Source: Bradymonadia bacterium (GTDB taxonomy: Bacteria > Myxococcota_A > Bradymonadia > REDH01). From it: a DNA stretch of 31,204 bases. Location: NCBI GenBank assembly GCA_044376025.1, contig JBILLP010000001.1, positions 1 through 31,204 on the forward strand, in the 5' to 3' direction. Numbering within the stretch: the first letter of the stretch is position 1; the number at the start of each line of letters is the position of its first letter. A model generated the notes under the pieces. It ran no database searches and was not told the origin of the DNA. It was given only the letters and a program-made list of their open reading frames with translations. The position numbers and the translations under genes were made by a program. Positions 16,088 through 25,452 of this stretch are shown here, in pieces.

Positions 16088-19000
16088 TCAGCGACGTCCC
16101 CCGAGATTCTGGATCTCGTTCTCCATCTCGCGACGCTCGTCCGCGGGTAGTTCAGCACGATCGACGAACTCTTTCAATGCCGATGCCGCTTCTGCCCTCC
16201 GACCGAGGTCGCGGAGCGTGTAGGCGAGCTTCTGGAGCACCTCCGGGCGCGTTGCCTCGAGGCCTCCCTCGCGCGCCTTCTGGAAGTAGGGCAGCGCCTC
16301 TGCATTCCGTGGCGGGTTGTACCCCAGGTAGGACAAGCCGACGAAGTAGTTCGTCTCCGGCTGCTTCGGATCGATCGACAGGCTGTGGGACATGCGCACG
16401 ATCGCCTCGTCGAAGTCGCGCCTGTCAAACGCGACCTTGCCCAGGGTCCATGCCGCCTGCGCGTGGTTGGGCTGAAGGGTCAGCACCACCTTGAGGTCGC
16501 GTTGCGCGGCCGCGCCCTGCCCGCGGAGGGCCATGAGGCGCCCCCGGCGATAGAAGACCTCGGGGTTCTCGAGCGACCAGCCGATGTCCTTCTCGATCGT
16601 CGCCGTGTACTCCTGCATCGACTGCGTGAGCTGCTCCGCGCGCTCGAGCGCGTACCCAAGCCAGTAATGGAACTCGCCCGACGGGTCGCGCTGCGACACG
16701 CGGGTGAGGGCCGAGATCGCCTCATTGAAGTGACCGAGCTCGAGGTCGCACCGACCAACGTAGTAGAGCGCCTTGTCCATCGAAGGCTCGGTGGCGTACG
16801 CCGCCGCGAAGTTCTCGCGGGCGGGCGCGAACGCTCGGGTCTCAAAGTGGGCCCGGCCCATCATGAACCGGTAGTCCGCATTCTTGGGGTCTGACTCGAG
16901 GAGCTTCAGCAGCCCCTCGATGGCCTGGTCGACCTTGCCGATGCCGATCAGTGCACGGGCGTGCATGTACTTGACCTTGGGGCTGTCGACGCCGCTCGCC
17001 ATCATCTCCTCGATCTCGTCGAGACCGCGCTGGAACTGGTTCGTGTTCATGAAGAAGTCGGCGAGGTTCAACCGTGCGTCCGGGTACGAGCGGTCGATCG
17101 CCAGGGACCGCCTGAACGAGGTCACCGCGCGGTTCGTCTCGCCGATCAGCAGGAAGACCTCCCCGATCTCATTGGCCACCGACGCGGTTCGCGTCTCGAC
17201 CGCCAGCGCGTCGTCGAGGCGCTTGCGGGCTCCGCTCGGGTCATTGGCGCGGTAGGAGAGCTGTGCGAGGCGGATGTAGGGGCGCAGGTAGTTGGGGTCT
17301 GTCTGCACCGCCTGGTCGTAGAGCTGCCGAGCCTCGGAGAACTCCGCGGCCTCCTCATGGACCCGGCCGAGCCAGTAGGCGAAGCGGCCATCGCGCGAGA
17401 ACTTCGTGATCGCGGGTTCGAGGAGCTTGCGGAGGTCCTCCCACGCCGCGAGCCCGAACTTGGCCTTGATCAGGCCCAGCGTCGATTCGGGGTCGTTCTT
17501 GGCCAGCCCGGCGTTCTGCTGAAAGTACTCGATCGCCCGCTGGAACTGCCCGGCGCGGTAGAACTGCTCGCCGAGCTCGTTCAGGGCGATCTTGTTCTGC
17601 GGATCGGCCTGGAGCGAGGACAGCAGGTTCTCGATCGCGAGCTCAGGCTGGATCCGGGCGATCGCGATGTCTGCCGCGACCAGGTAGGTCTGGCTGCGCT
17701 CCGCCTGCGTCATGACGTCGGCGAGGTCCTCGATGGCGCGGGTGATGCGCGTCTCCGCCTCGATCAACTGCCCCTCCTTGAGCAGTGTCTCCGCGAGGCC
17801 AACCAGGGAGCGGACGTGCTGCGGGTTGAGCTCGAGCGCCTTGGTGAACTCCTGCTCCGCCTCGGGGAGCCGGCGCTGGTCGAGCGCAATCCAGCCAAGC
17901 CAGAAGCGGGGTGAGACAAACTTGGGGTCGAGCTGCGTCGCGCGGTTGAACGCGGCGGCCACCGAGTCAGGGAGCGTCCGCTGCAGCTCAGCCTCAGGCT
18001 GCACGGGAGCCGCGGCTGCGGGCGCAGCAGCCTTCGCCTCGCCGCTACCCTCCGCGCTCGGCGCCTTCGCTGCGGCGGCACCGCTGCCTTCGCCAGCCTT
18101 GCCGCTCCCGTCCTTCGCAGCGCCGGAGCCCTCTGCCGCTGCGCCACTGCCCTCCTTGGGGGCCGCGCGCGACGGCGCAACCGGCTCCGAGTAGTCGATA
18201 CCGCGATAGGCTTGGAGCCCGGCGATTCCCTCGAACAGGGCCGCAAAGCTCCGGAGCGCAGGATCATCGACCGCCTTGAGTGCCTCCGCGGCGCCCGCAT
18301 CGCCGGATGCCGCGAGCGCGGCGCCCGCCGCAAGCTTCGAGATCGCCTCCTCGCGGCTCCTGATGCCCGAGTTCCACCGCGTGATCTCCGAGTAGAGCCC
18401 CTTCTGGCCCGGCTGCTCCGCAAGCAGCATCGTGGCCGCGATCACGGTCTTGGCGCGATCGAGGTCGGTCCCTCCGCCACGGAGCAGACGGCGACCGTTG
18501 TCCACGAAGGTGGAGAGCGTCTTCGACGAGCCCGTCTGCAGCTCGGAGATCTCACCGAGCTTGACCATCGAGGCGCGCTCCAGCTCCGCCCTGCGGCGAG
18601 CCTCCTCGTCGCGAACACGCTGCTCCTCCTCTGCCTTGCGCGTCTGCCAGACATGGTAGGCGCCGAAGGCTCCCGCACCGACGAACACGGCCACCATCCC
18701 CGCGACGAGCGCCCGGGTCGGCAGCTTGCGGCGCGCCTTCGTGGCGGATCCGGCGGCAGGCGTGGCATCCGCCGGCGGGAAGAAGTCTGCGAAGTCAGAC
18801 GGCGGCGGCTGGCCGAGGTCTGGGAGCTCCTCGTTGCGGGTTCCCCACCCGCCCGCAGGCCCCGGTGTTGCGAACGGGTCCTGCGGCGCCTCTTCGGCTG
18901 CCGCGGTCGAGATGCCCGTCGTGCGGGGCGGGACCGAGCGACCACCGAATCCGTGGATCGCCCCGCTCCCGTCGCCCGCGGAGAGTCCGATCGAGGGCCG

Positions 19001-20299
19001 CGACTGCCCGACCCAGAGGTTCTCTGCCTCGCCGAGCTGTTCGAGCATCTGCGTGCCGACCGCCCGCGATGAAGCCGGGAGGTTGTCCTCGGGAGAGCCC
19101 TCGCCGATGCCTCCGCTCATCGGCTCGCCGAAGTCACCGAAGTTGGCCTCGAGGGTGCGGGGGCTGCCGACCGGCGCCCCACGGCTCGCAGGAAGGTTCT
19201 CCTCGTCGTAGCCTGACCCGGTGACGTTGAAGGCCGCCGTTGCCGGGACGCCGCTCGCGCCCTGCGAGGCCGGGGCGCGCCGATCGTAGGGATCGACGCC
19301 GCCTCCGGTCATGCTGGCCGGCGCGTAGGAGTCAGGGAGCCCGGCGGGCAGTTCGGTGCCACCCAGGGATCGAGGCAGCTCGGTTCCGCCCATGGATCGC
19401 GGCAGCTCAGGACGCTGCGCCGAGGTCGGCAGCTCGCTGCGGCCACCGGCCGGGCGCGGCAGCTCGGCTCGACCACCGGCGGGGCGCGGTAGATCGGTCA
19501 CGCCACCGAGGCCGGGGATCGACTCCGGATTGAAGGCGACCGGGTAGTTCGTGAAGCCCTTGGGCAGCGGGAGCTGGCCCGTCATGCCGGTGCCAGGCTG
19601 CATGCCCTCCGGGGAGACGCGGCGCAGACCTGACACAGCCCCGAGCGCATCGGCGTTCGTCTGGATCGAGGCCACGGAGGCCTCGCTCATCGCCGGCGCG
19701 GCGGGGTCATCGGGGTTGCTGCTCCACGACCCCGTCGCGAGGCGAGAAGCCCGCTCCGAGACCGAGCCGAGGCCGGTCGCGCCGATGGGCGACAGCGTCC
19801 CGCCGGCCCTTGGCAGCTCGCCGAACTGGGCCGCCCTGCGGGCCTGCTCCGCGATGTCGCGCACCACGCTGAAGTCCGCCGTGTTGAGCGCCTGCTCCTC
19901 GGGAGTTCCCGGCGCCACGGGAGCCATCGGGGCCTGCGCCCCCACGACCGTGCCGCCACGCCCCGTCGCGTCGCGGAACGCCGCACCGAACTCGGGGATC
20001 GCCATGATCGGGATCCAGAACTTCCGGTCCTTCGAGACCGTCTCGTCGCCGCCGAGCGCGCCGGCAAGGATCGCCCCGACCACACCCTCACTCGGCGTCG
20101 GGCCTTCGATCGCACCGCTCGCCCGCTTGACAAAGTAGGCATCGGCAGCGGTCGGGACGACCGCGGGCTTACCCATGATCGTACGGCTGCCGACCGGTGC
20201 ACCGAGCGAGGTCGGACCCTCCGTGAACGCCGATGCCGGCTGCGGCTCCTCTTCGAAGCGCGGAGGCCGAGGGTTCGAACCACCTTCTCTGGTCGCCAT
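16088..20299 (-). CDS. Large bitopic membrane protein: GYF_2-like domain, long disordered linker, TM helix, extensive TPR array
   Basis: YFVKRASGAIEGP...GALGGDETVS...WIPIMAIPEF (GYF_2-like); TM LVAGMVAVFVGAGAFGAYHVW; many TPR-type helices (A...LG......G....A...F..AL...P). Start at ATG 20299 is chosen, not proven. Confidence 0.8.
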   Translation of the reverse strand: MATREGGSNPRPPRFEEEPQPASAFTEGPTSLGAPVGSRTIMGKPAVVPTAADAYFVKRASGAIEGPTPSEGVVGAILAGALGGDETVSKDRKFWIPIMAIPEFGAAFRDATGRGGTVVGAQAPMAPVAPGTPEEQALNTADFSVVRDIAEQARRAAQFGELPRAGGTLSPIGATGLGSVSERASRLATGSWSSNPDDPAAPAMSEASVASIQTNADALGAVSGLRRVSPEGMQPGTGMTGQLPLPKGFTNYPVAFNPESIPGLGGVTDLPRPAGGRAELPRPAGGRSELPTSAQRPELPRSMGGTELPRSLGGTELPAGLPDSYAPASMTGGGVDPYDRRAPASQGASGVPATAAFNVTGSGYDEENLPASRGAPVGSPRTLEANFGDFGEPMSGGIGEGSPEDNLPASSRAVGTQMLEQLGEAENLWVGQSRPSIGLSAGDGSGAIHGFGGRSVPPRTTGISTAAAEEAPQDPFATPGPAGGWGTRNEELPDLGQPPPSDFADFFPPADATPAAGSATKARRKLPTRALVAGMVAVFVGAGAFGAYHVWQTRKAEEEQRVRDEEARRRAELERASMVKLGEISELQTGSSKTLSTFVDNGRRLLRGGGTDLDRAKTVIAATMLLAEQPGQKGLYSEITRWNSGIRSREEAISKLAAGAALAASGDAGAAEALKAVDDPALRSFAALFEGIAGLQAYRGIDYSEPVAPSRAAPKEGSGAAAEGSGAAKDGSGKAGEGSGAAAAKAPSAEGSGEAKAAAPAAAAPVQPEAELQRTLPDSVAAAFNRATQLDPKFVSPRFWLGWIALDQRRLPEAEQEFTKALELNPQHVRSLVGLAETLLKEGQLIEAETRITRAIEDLADVMTQAERSQTYLVAADIAIARIQPELAIENLLSSLQADPQNKIALNELGEQFYRAGQFQRAIEYFQQNAGLAKNDPESTLGLIKAKFGLAAWEDLRKLLEPAITKFSRDGRFAYWLGRVHEEAAEFSEARQLYDQAVQTDPNYLRPYIRLAQLSYRANDPSGARKRLDDALAVETRTASVANEIGEVFLLIGETNRAVTSFRRSLAIDRSYPDARLNLADFFMNTNQFQRGLDEIEEMMASGVDSPKVKYMHARALIGIGKVDQAIEGLLKLLESDPKNADYRFMMGRAHFETRAFAPARENFAAAYATEPSMDKALYYVGRCDLELGHFNEAISALTRVSQRDPSGEFHYWLGYALERAEQLTQSMQEYTATIEKDIGWSLENPEVFYRRGRLMALRGQGAAAQRDLKVVLTLQPNHAQAAWTLGKVAFDRRDFDEAIVRMSHSLSIDPKQPETNYFVGLSYLGYNPPRNAEALPYFQKAREGGLEATRPEVLQKLAYTLRDLGRRAEAASALKEFVDRAELPADERREMENEIQNLGGRR
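18041..18154 (-). repeat. Five [E/D]GSG units in an Ala-rich extracytoplasmic insert
   Basis: EGSGAAAEGSGAAKDGSGKAGEGSGAAAAKAPSAEGSG. Confidence 0.8.
19347..19495 (-). repeat. Six tandem [D/E]LP repeats of 9-10 aa (27/30-bp period)
   Basis: DLPRPAGGRA-ELPRPAGGRS-ELPTSAQRP-ELPRSMGGT-ELPRSLGGT-ELP; ggcag(c/t)tc at 19347, 19374, 19401, 19428, 19458 and ggtagatc at 19488. Confidence 0.85.
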
Positions 20300-20451
20300 C
20301 GTTGGACTCTCGTAACGGTCTTTCGTCTGCCGGACCGAGCCATGCTCGATAGGTTGGACCGGGGCATCGCCCCCGGCCCCCTGACGTCCAAAACGCCCGA
20401 CCCGGCACCCTATGGTGTAGCCTCCTGCGGGGTCACTTTTCAACGATCTGC

Positions 20452-21600
20452 ATGTCCGCCCCCGAAATTGCCTCTCCAAGCGACCCGCAGCCCGCTCCCC
20501 GGGCGCGTCCAGACCCCGTCGAGGGTGATCCTCCGGTGTCGCGGCGCGAGCTGCTGCTTGCGGCGGTCGGCGTGCCCGCGCTGCTTGCGATCCTCGCCGC
20601 GACGGGAAGCATGGTCCCGCTGCTCGGCTCGAACCTGCTGCTCATCGTGGCGAGTGCGTTCGTCATCCTGTCTGACCGGCTCCTGCCCGCAGACGCGCCA
20701 CGCCTGGCGTCGAGCGACCATCGCCGCGAGGGCCTCACCCGGGGCCTGGCGACCGGCGTGGGCTGGAGCCTGATCGTGCTCGTGCTCTTCGTGCCTGGCT
20801 ACCATGTGTGGTCGACCGTCCTGAACGACCGGACCCTGGCTCCCGGCGCCGGCGCGCTCGCCCGGGTCGATGGCGAGATCGAGCGCACCTCGCGGCATCG
20901 CCCTGCCGATGCGCCGCCCGACACCGCGTGGATCGGCGCCGACGGCCGAGACCTGACGCTCTACTGGCACCCCACGCGGCAGCAGGTGCTGATCGAGGCC
21001 GCCACCGACGGCCGGTTCGCGGCGGTCGACGCCGTACCCCCGCCGACCGAGCGGACGCCGGGCACGCTGCGGCTCAACGCCTCGGGAGGCAGACCGATCG
21101 CCTGGCGCATCACGCCGCGCGACGCGACCTGGGTCGACGTGCGGGTCACCTACGCCGGCCGTGAGGCCCGGCTGCCCGGGATCCGGGTCGGCGACCGGGC
21201 TCCGCTTGCCTCCGAACAGCGCGGCACGGCGGTCCGGCTCCAGCTCGACCGGAGCTGGATCTGGATGTCGATCGCCGTGCAGCTGCTGCTGGTCGCGCTC
21301 CCCGAGGAGCTGTTCTTTCGAGGGTACCTGCAGCGGCGCTTCGCGCGCGCCCTGGGCGAGTCGCCGGGCAGCGGAGGCTGGCTGCGCCTGACGCGGTCAA
21401 ACCTCGCGGCCTCTGCGGTCTTTGCGCTGTCGCACCTCGTCATCGGCTGGAACCCCATGCGGCTCGCCGTCTTCGTACCCTCGCTGCTGTTCGGGCGGCT
21501 CGCGGAGCGGACCGGCGGCATCGCGGGATCGGTGTTGTTGCACGCCGCCTGCAACCTCATGGTGCAGATCGCTGCCACCCAGTACCTGACGCTTCGATGA
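20452..21600 (+). CDS. CPBP-family glutamic intramembrane protease, myxosortase-like, with an inserted soluble domain
   Basis: ALPEELFFRGYLQ, FALSHL, RLAVFVPSLLFG.L.ERTGGI...VLLHAACN; about 150-aa hydrophilic insert between the N-terminal TMs and the catalytic core. Confidence 0.85.
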   Translation: MSAPEIASPSDPQPAPRARPDPVEGDPPVSRRELLLAAVGVPALLAILAATGSMVPLLGSNLLLIVASAFVILSDRLLPADAPRLASSDHRREGLTRGLATGVGWSLIVLVLFVPGYHVWSTVLNDRTLAPGAGALARVDGEIERTSRHRPADAPPDTAWIGADGRDLTLYWHPTRQQVLIEAATDGRFAAVDAVPPPTERTPGTLRLNASGGRPIAWRITPRDATWVDVRVTYAGREARLPGIRVGDRAPLASEQRGTAVRLQLDRSWIWMSIAVQLLLVALPEELFFRGYLQRRFARALGESPGSGGWLRLTRSNLAASAVFALSHLVIGWNPMRLAVFVPSLLFGRLAERTGGIAGSVLLHAACNLMVQIAATQYLTLR

Positions 21601-22211
21601 GACGACGTGCACGTGCCCCGTTCGTGGCTGTCTGCCTGGCGGCGCTGGTCGGCTGCCTTCGACGCGACGACCCGCCGCCGGCCCCGGCGCATGGCGACCT
21701 CCTGCCATGGCCGATCTCGGCGCAGGTCCAGCGCGGGGTCAGGACCGCCGTGGTGGACGGCCGCTCGGTCGAGCGCGACGTCACCACAGACGTTGCGTGG
21801 AGGATCGTGGCCGACCGCGACGGCGGCACGCTGCTCGAGCGCGCGGAGGGCATGCGGGTGGAGCGCTGGTACCGGGCGCCTGGCCAGCTGGCGGTGGCCA
21901 CCGCGGGAGGCTGGTTCGCGGTCCAGGGTCCCGCGCCCGGGCTGCCGGTCGAGCTGCCCGGTGGCCCGGTGGCCTCGTGGAGCACCGGCTCCGGTGAAGG
22001 CACCGCAGCGCCCCCCGATCCGCCCGGGTGCGTCACGGTGCGTCGCATCGAGGCGACGCCCGAGGGGTCGGCCGACCCGCTGGCAGCCGGCTCGATCGAG
22101 GAGTCCCGGACGCTCTGCCCCGGTCGCGGCGAGGTCAGGCGAACCCGGACCGTCCGCGGCGCCGTTGGGACGCTGCGCGAGACCTGGCGCTCGTCGGAGA
22201 CCGGCCCTTAG
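21597..22211 (+). CDS. Hypothetical lipoprotein
   Basis: Arg-rich N-terminus, hydrophobic stretch, lipobox LVGC; ATGA overlap with the protease stop; beta-strand-rich body. Confidence 0.6.
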   Translation: MRRRARAPFVAVCLAALVGCLRRDDPPPAPAHGDLLPWPISAQVQRGVRTAVVDGRSVERDVTTDVAWRIVADRDGGTLLERAEGMRVERWYRAPGQLAVATAGGWFAVQGPAPGLPVELPGGPVASWSTGSGEGTAAPPDPPGCVTVRRIEATPEGSADPLAAGSIEESRTLCPGRGEVRRTRTVRGAVGTLRETWRSSETGP

Positions 22212-23287
22212 CGTGAGATCCGGCGCCAGCCCGACGGTGGCAGGCCCGGACCGCTCGGCGGCGGCCCGACCGACAGGATGCACTGGGCCCTTCGATTCTC
22301 GGGCTCGTCAACGTCGTCGCCCGTCTCCTTGATCGGCGCCGACTCGCCGAAGCCGTGGACGTGGATCGGGATGTCGAGGCCCTTTGCCGCGAAGTACCGC
22401 GCGAGCGACTCCGCCCGCTCGTCGGAGAGGCGCCGGTTGTCCTCTGCGTTGCCGACCGTGTCGGTGTGCCCCGCGATGTACAGCTCGACACCGACCCAGC
22501 GGCGCACCCGCGCAACCGTGCCGGCGATGCGATCGTAGAAGCCGTTGAGCAGCTCGAAGTCCTCAGCCGGGATCTCGGCGCTGCCCGTCGCGAAGTGGAT
22601 GCCCGCGACGGTGTAGTCGACCTTCCACGGGATGAACTGCGCCGCCGACCAGGCACCGTCGGCCGAGAAGGCCTTGACATCGAGGGTCAGCACCCTGCCA
22701 GGTCCCTGGACCCAGGAGACATTGAGCGGGGTGCCTGCCGGTTCGCCGGCGAAGGCGATCGAACGTTGTGCGAGCACGCTCCCCTCGTCGTCGCGGACGA
22801 GGATCTCGACGTGGCCGGCGGGCTGGTTCATCGTCATGCGGAACCGCCCGGCCTCGACCTCGTACGTCCCGGGGATCATGCGGAACTCGAGGTCGGCGGC
22901 GACCGCGACCTCGAACGCCATCTCGAGGCTCCCCCGGTCACCGGCATGCGTGCCCGTGATGGTCGCCACGTACCGTGTGGTCGACGACGGGGCCGGGAGC
23001 GTAACCCGCGCCGTGCCCATCGAGGCGACGGTGCCGGCGCGCTGCCTGAACACGCGGCCGTCGCTCACGCGTCGAACGCTGATCTCGAGCTCATCGATCC
23101 GGTCATTGGCGAGCACCTCGACCGTGAGGCTGCCTCCGTCGATGCCCCACTGCGCCTCGACCGGGAGGCTTCCGGCTGGCTCCGCAACGCTGGCGGCCGG
23201 CCACGACAGCCACACGGGCGCCGCGAGCAGCGAGGTGGCGAGGAGCGCGCCTCCGAGCCGACGCGTCGCCGCGCTGCGACGCCTCAT
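22208..23287 (-). CDS. Exported OmpA_C-domain (peptidoglycan-binding) protein
   Basis: Signal peptide; IHFATGSAEI, IAGHTDTVG..EDN..LS..RA, GFGESAP, NRRA. Confidence 0.9.
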   Translation of the reverse strand: MRRRSAATRRLGGALLATSLLAAPVWLSWPAASVAEPAGSLPVEAQWGIDGGSLTVEVLANDRIDELEISVRRVSDGRVFRQRAGTVASMGTARVTLPAPSSTTRYVATITGTHAGDRGSLEMAFEVAVAADLEFRMIPGTYEVEAGRFRMTMNQPAGHVEILVRDDEGSVLAQRSIAFAGEPAGTPLNVSWVQGPGRVLTLDVKAFSADGAWSAAQFIPWKVDYTVAGIHFATGSAEIPAEDFELLNGFYDRIAGTVARVRRWVGVELYIAGHTDTVGNAEDNRRLSDERAESLARYFAAKGLDIPIHVHGFGESAPIKETGDDVDEPENRRAQCILSVGPPPSGPGLPPSGWRRISR

Positions 23288-23676
23288 GGCGCGACGTCGG
23301 CGGCCGTCGGGGGCGCCGGTGCCGTGACGCGGCGCGCCCAGATCACCACCGCGTCGTGGACCGGATCGCCGTTGTCGGCAGGGAGCTGCGCCGACGCGAG
23401 GGTCGGGAAGCGGTAGTCACCCTCGAGCGTGGCGAGGTCCCGCACCGTCAGTTCGGTCTGCAGCGCGAAGGCGGAGTCCTGCCATCGATAGCAGCGCACG
23501 TCCCAGTCGGGGCTGTCGACGCGGGGGTCGAGGTTGCGGTCCCACGCCTCGACGCGGCGCAGCCAGACCCTCAGGAGGCCGTCGCCCTCCCTGGCCTCCG
23601 CGGTGAGCTTGAATCCGAGTTCGCCGGGTGAACCACCCGGTCGCGAGAGCAGCTGGAGCGAACGTTTCGAGGACAT
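23284..23676 (-). CDS. Hypothetical protein
   Basis: 130-aa ORF whose stop overlaps the OmpA-gene ATG (ATGA); fills the gap; no recognised motif. Confidence 0.5.
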   Translation of the reverse strand: MSSKRSLQLLSRPGGSPGELGFKLTAEAREGDGLLRVWLRRVEAWDRNLDPRVDSPDWDVRCYRWQDSAFALQTELTVRDLATLEGDYRFPTLASAQLPADNGDPVHDAVVIWARRVTAPAPPTAADVAP

Positions 23677-23787
23677 GGGTGACCGGATGGGTTCGGGCCG
23701 GCCTTCGCCGACCCGGCAACTGTGGTTGGCACCGGCAGCAGGGTCAAGGCCCGCGCCCCCGGGCGGCGTCGGGCACCGGCGCCGGGG

Positions 23788-24282
23788 TCAGTGACGGCGG
23801 TGAAAGCCCAGCGCGTCGTCGGGCAGATCGGAGCCGACGAGGAACAGCAGCGTGAAGAGCCGGCGGGCGTCGTCGACCGAGACCGTGACCCAGGGCCGAA
23901 GCGCCTTGCGCAGGTAGTCGCCGGCCTCGTCGTGGACGACGCGCTTGGCGTAGTCGACGGCCTCGATGCCGCGGACGGGCGCCTCGAGGTCGAGCCGGCG
24001 CAGGTGCCGGATCGTTTCGGCATACTCCCTGAAGTGGGCCTCGACGGTTGGCGGCTCGAGCGGCACCGTGGCGACAAGCTCGTTCGGATCCCCGTAGATC
24101 CTGACGTGGAAGAAGCCTCCCGGCGGCCGTACGAGCTCGATCGCGGCCCCCGGCGCCGGAGCGATCGAGTCGGAGGCCACGGCATTGTCGGCGTTGAACT
24201 CGGCGATGGCGTGCCGCCACTCTGCGGCCCTGGCGGGCGAGGCGGCGCCCCACAGCGATCCATGTACTCGAACCTCGAACAT
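23788..24282 (-). CDS. UPF0262-family protein
   Basis: ATG 24282 with GAGGG upstream; C-terminal HDEAG..L...L....DDARRLFTLLFLV resembles the family motif HNE....L...L.....TARRLFTL. Confidence 0.7.
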   Translation of the reverse strand: MFEVRVHGSLWGAASPARAAEWRHAIAEFNADNAVASDSIAPAPGAAIELVRPPGGFFHVRIYGDPNELVATVPLEPPTVEAHFREYAETIRHLRRLDLEAPVRGIEAVDYAKRVVHDEAGDYLRKALRPWVTVSVDDARRLFTLLFLVGSDLPDDALGFHRRH

Positions 24283-24332
24283 GTCGACGCCCTCGTCTAG
24301 GGTTGACTCACCGACCCTGCAGGAGTCCCTAC

Positions 24333-25355
24333 ATGAACCGATGCAACAACCGCCAGCGTAGGCGGGCCCCGCGGTGGGCCGCGGCGCTGGGAGCCTCGCT
24401 CGCGCTGCTGGCAGCCGGTTGCCGCACGACACCCGGGGAGCAGGAGCAGCGTCGCAGGGCGCTCAACGCGCCATTGCCGACCGAGGAGGCGCCGCTGCTC
24501 GAGCTGGTTCCGCCCGGCGCGACCGCGGTCGTCTGGCTCGACCTTGCGACGCTTCGGGGCGATCCGCGGTTGGCGACCGTCTGGAGGTCGGTGGCGGAAG
24601 TCGCCGCAGAGGGCTCCTCGGACGACCGGGCCCGGCTTGTCGAGCAGGCAGGGACCTTCGTGGCTGCCTGGTACGGGGTCGACCTGTCGCGGAGCGTGCG
24701 GCTGGCGCGCGGCAGGTTCGAGCCGCCGCTGCAGGCAGCGCCTCCCGCGCCTGCGGGTGAGGCGAAGGGCTGGGTCGTCACCCCGGTGGGCCCGACGACG
24801 CTGGCTGCGGCCGATGCGCCGCTGGCGGCGCAGGTCGCGGCGCGGGCCCGCGCAGAGTCCGGGACGCGCGTCCTCGACCGCATCCGCCCGGTGTCCGATG
24901 CGTCCGGTGCCGCGGCACGCGCGGCGTTCGTGCTCGACCCGGCCCACACGGCCTGGGTGGCCATGGAGACGAACCGGCCGGAGATCTCCAGCAGGGTGGC
25001 CGATGTTGCCCGTCTCACCGCGGAGGCACGGCTCGGCCTCGGGCTCGAGCTCGACGTCGAGGTGATCCCGGTTCGGGCGAGCGCCGCCACCTCGGTGCGC
25101 GAGCTGGTCTCCGCCGTGCTGATCGCCCTGCGCGCCGCGGCGGCTCCGCCGCGGCAGGTCGCCGGCGAGGGCTCGGGAGGCGCGGCCGAGGGGTCGGCCG
25201 CCCCTGGCACACCGGGGAGCCTCGTGGCCTCGCTGCTTGATCGGATCGAGGTGGCCGCTGCGGGCGACGAGCGGGGAGCGACCCGCCTGTCGCTCTCGCT
25301 CAGCGGCGCGGAGCTCGACACGCTGCTGCGGCGTGTGACGCTCCCGGGCCGGTAG
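24333..25355 (+). CDS. Hypothetical lipoprotein
   Basis: AGGAG at 24321-24325, ATG 24333; lipobox LAAGC. Confidence 0.6.
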   Translation: MNRCNNRQRRRAPRWAAALGASLALLAAGCRTTPGEQEQRRRALNAPLPTEEAPLLELVPPGATAVVWLDLATLRGDPRLATVWRSVAEVAAEGSSDDRARLVEQAGTFVAAWYGVDLSRSVRLARGRFEPPLQAAPPAPAGEAKGWVVTPVGPTTLAAADAPLAAQVAARARAESGTRVLDRIRPVSDASGAAARAAFVLDPAHTAWVAMETNRPEISSRVADVARLTAEARLGLGLELDVEVIPVRASAATSVRELVSAVLIALRAAAAPPRQVAGEGSGGAAEGSAAPGTPGSLVASLLDRIEVAAAGDERGATRLSLSLSGAELDTLLRRVTLPGR

Positions 25356-25452
25356 CCGGCCGGCTGCGTCGACCACGGCCGGGTGCCACCGGGGTTTGGC
25401 GGCGTCGCGGCGGCCTGCTAGCGCGTCGCGGCCTGCTCACCGTGGGATCCGC

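Noticed and set aside
23284-23790. Stop read-through fusing UPF0262 to the next in-frame ORF
   Set aside because: The 37 intervening codons are open but low-complexity, with no recoding signal; coincidence is likely in high-GC DNA.
25402-25438. Imperfect direct repeat gcgtcgcg..gcctgct upstream of the Nif3 gene
   Set aside because: Short, GC-rich, two imperfect copies; within chance expectation.
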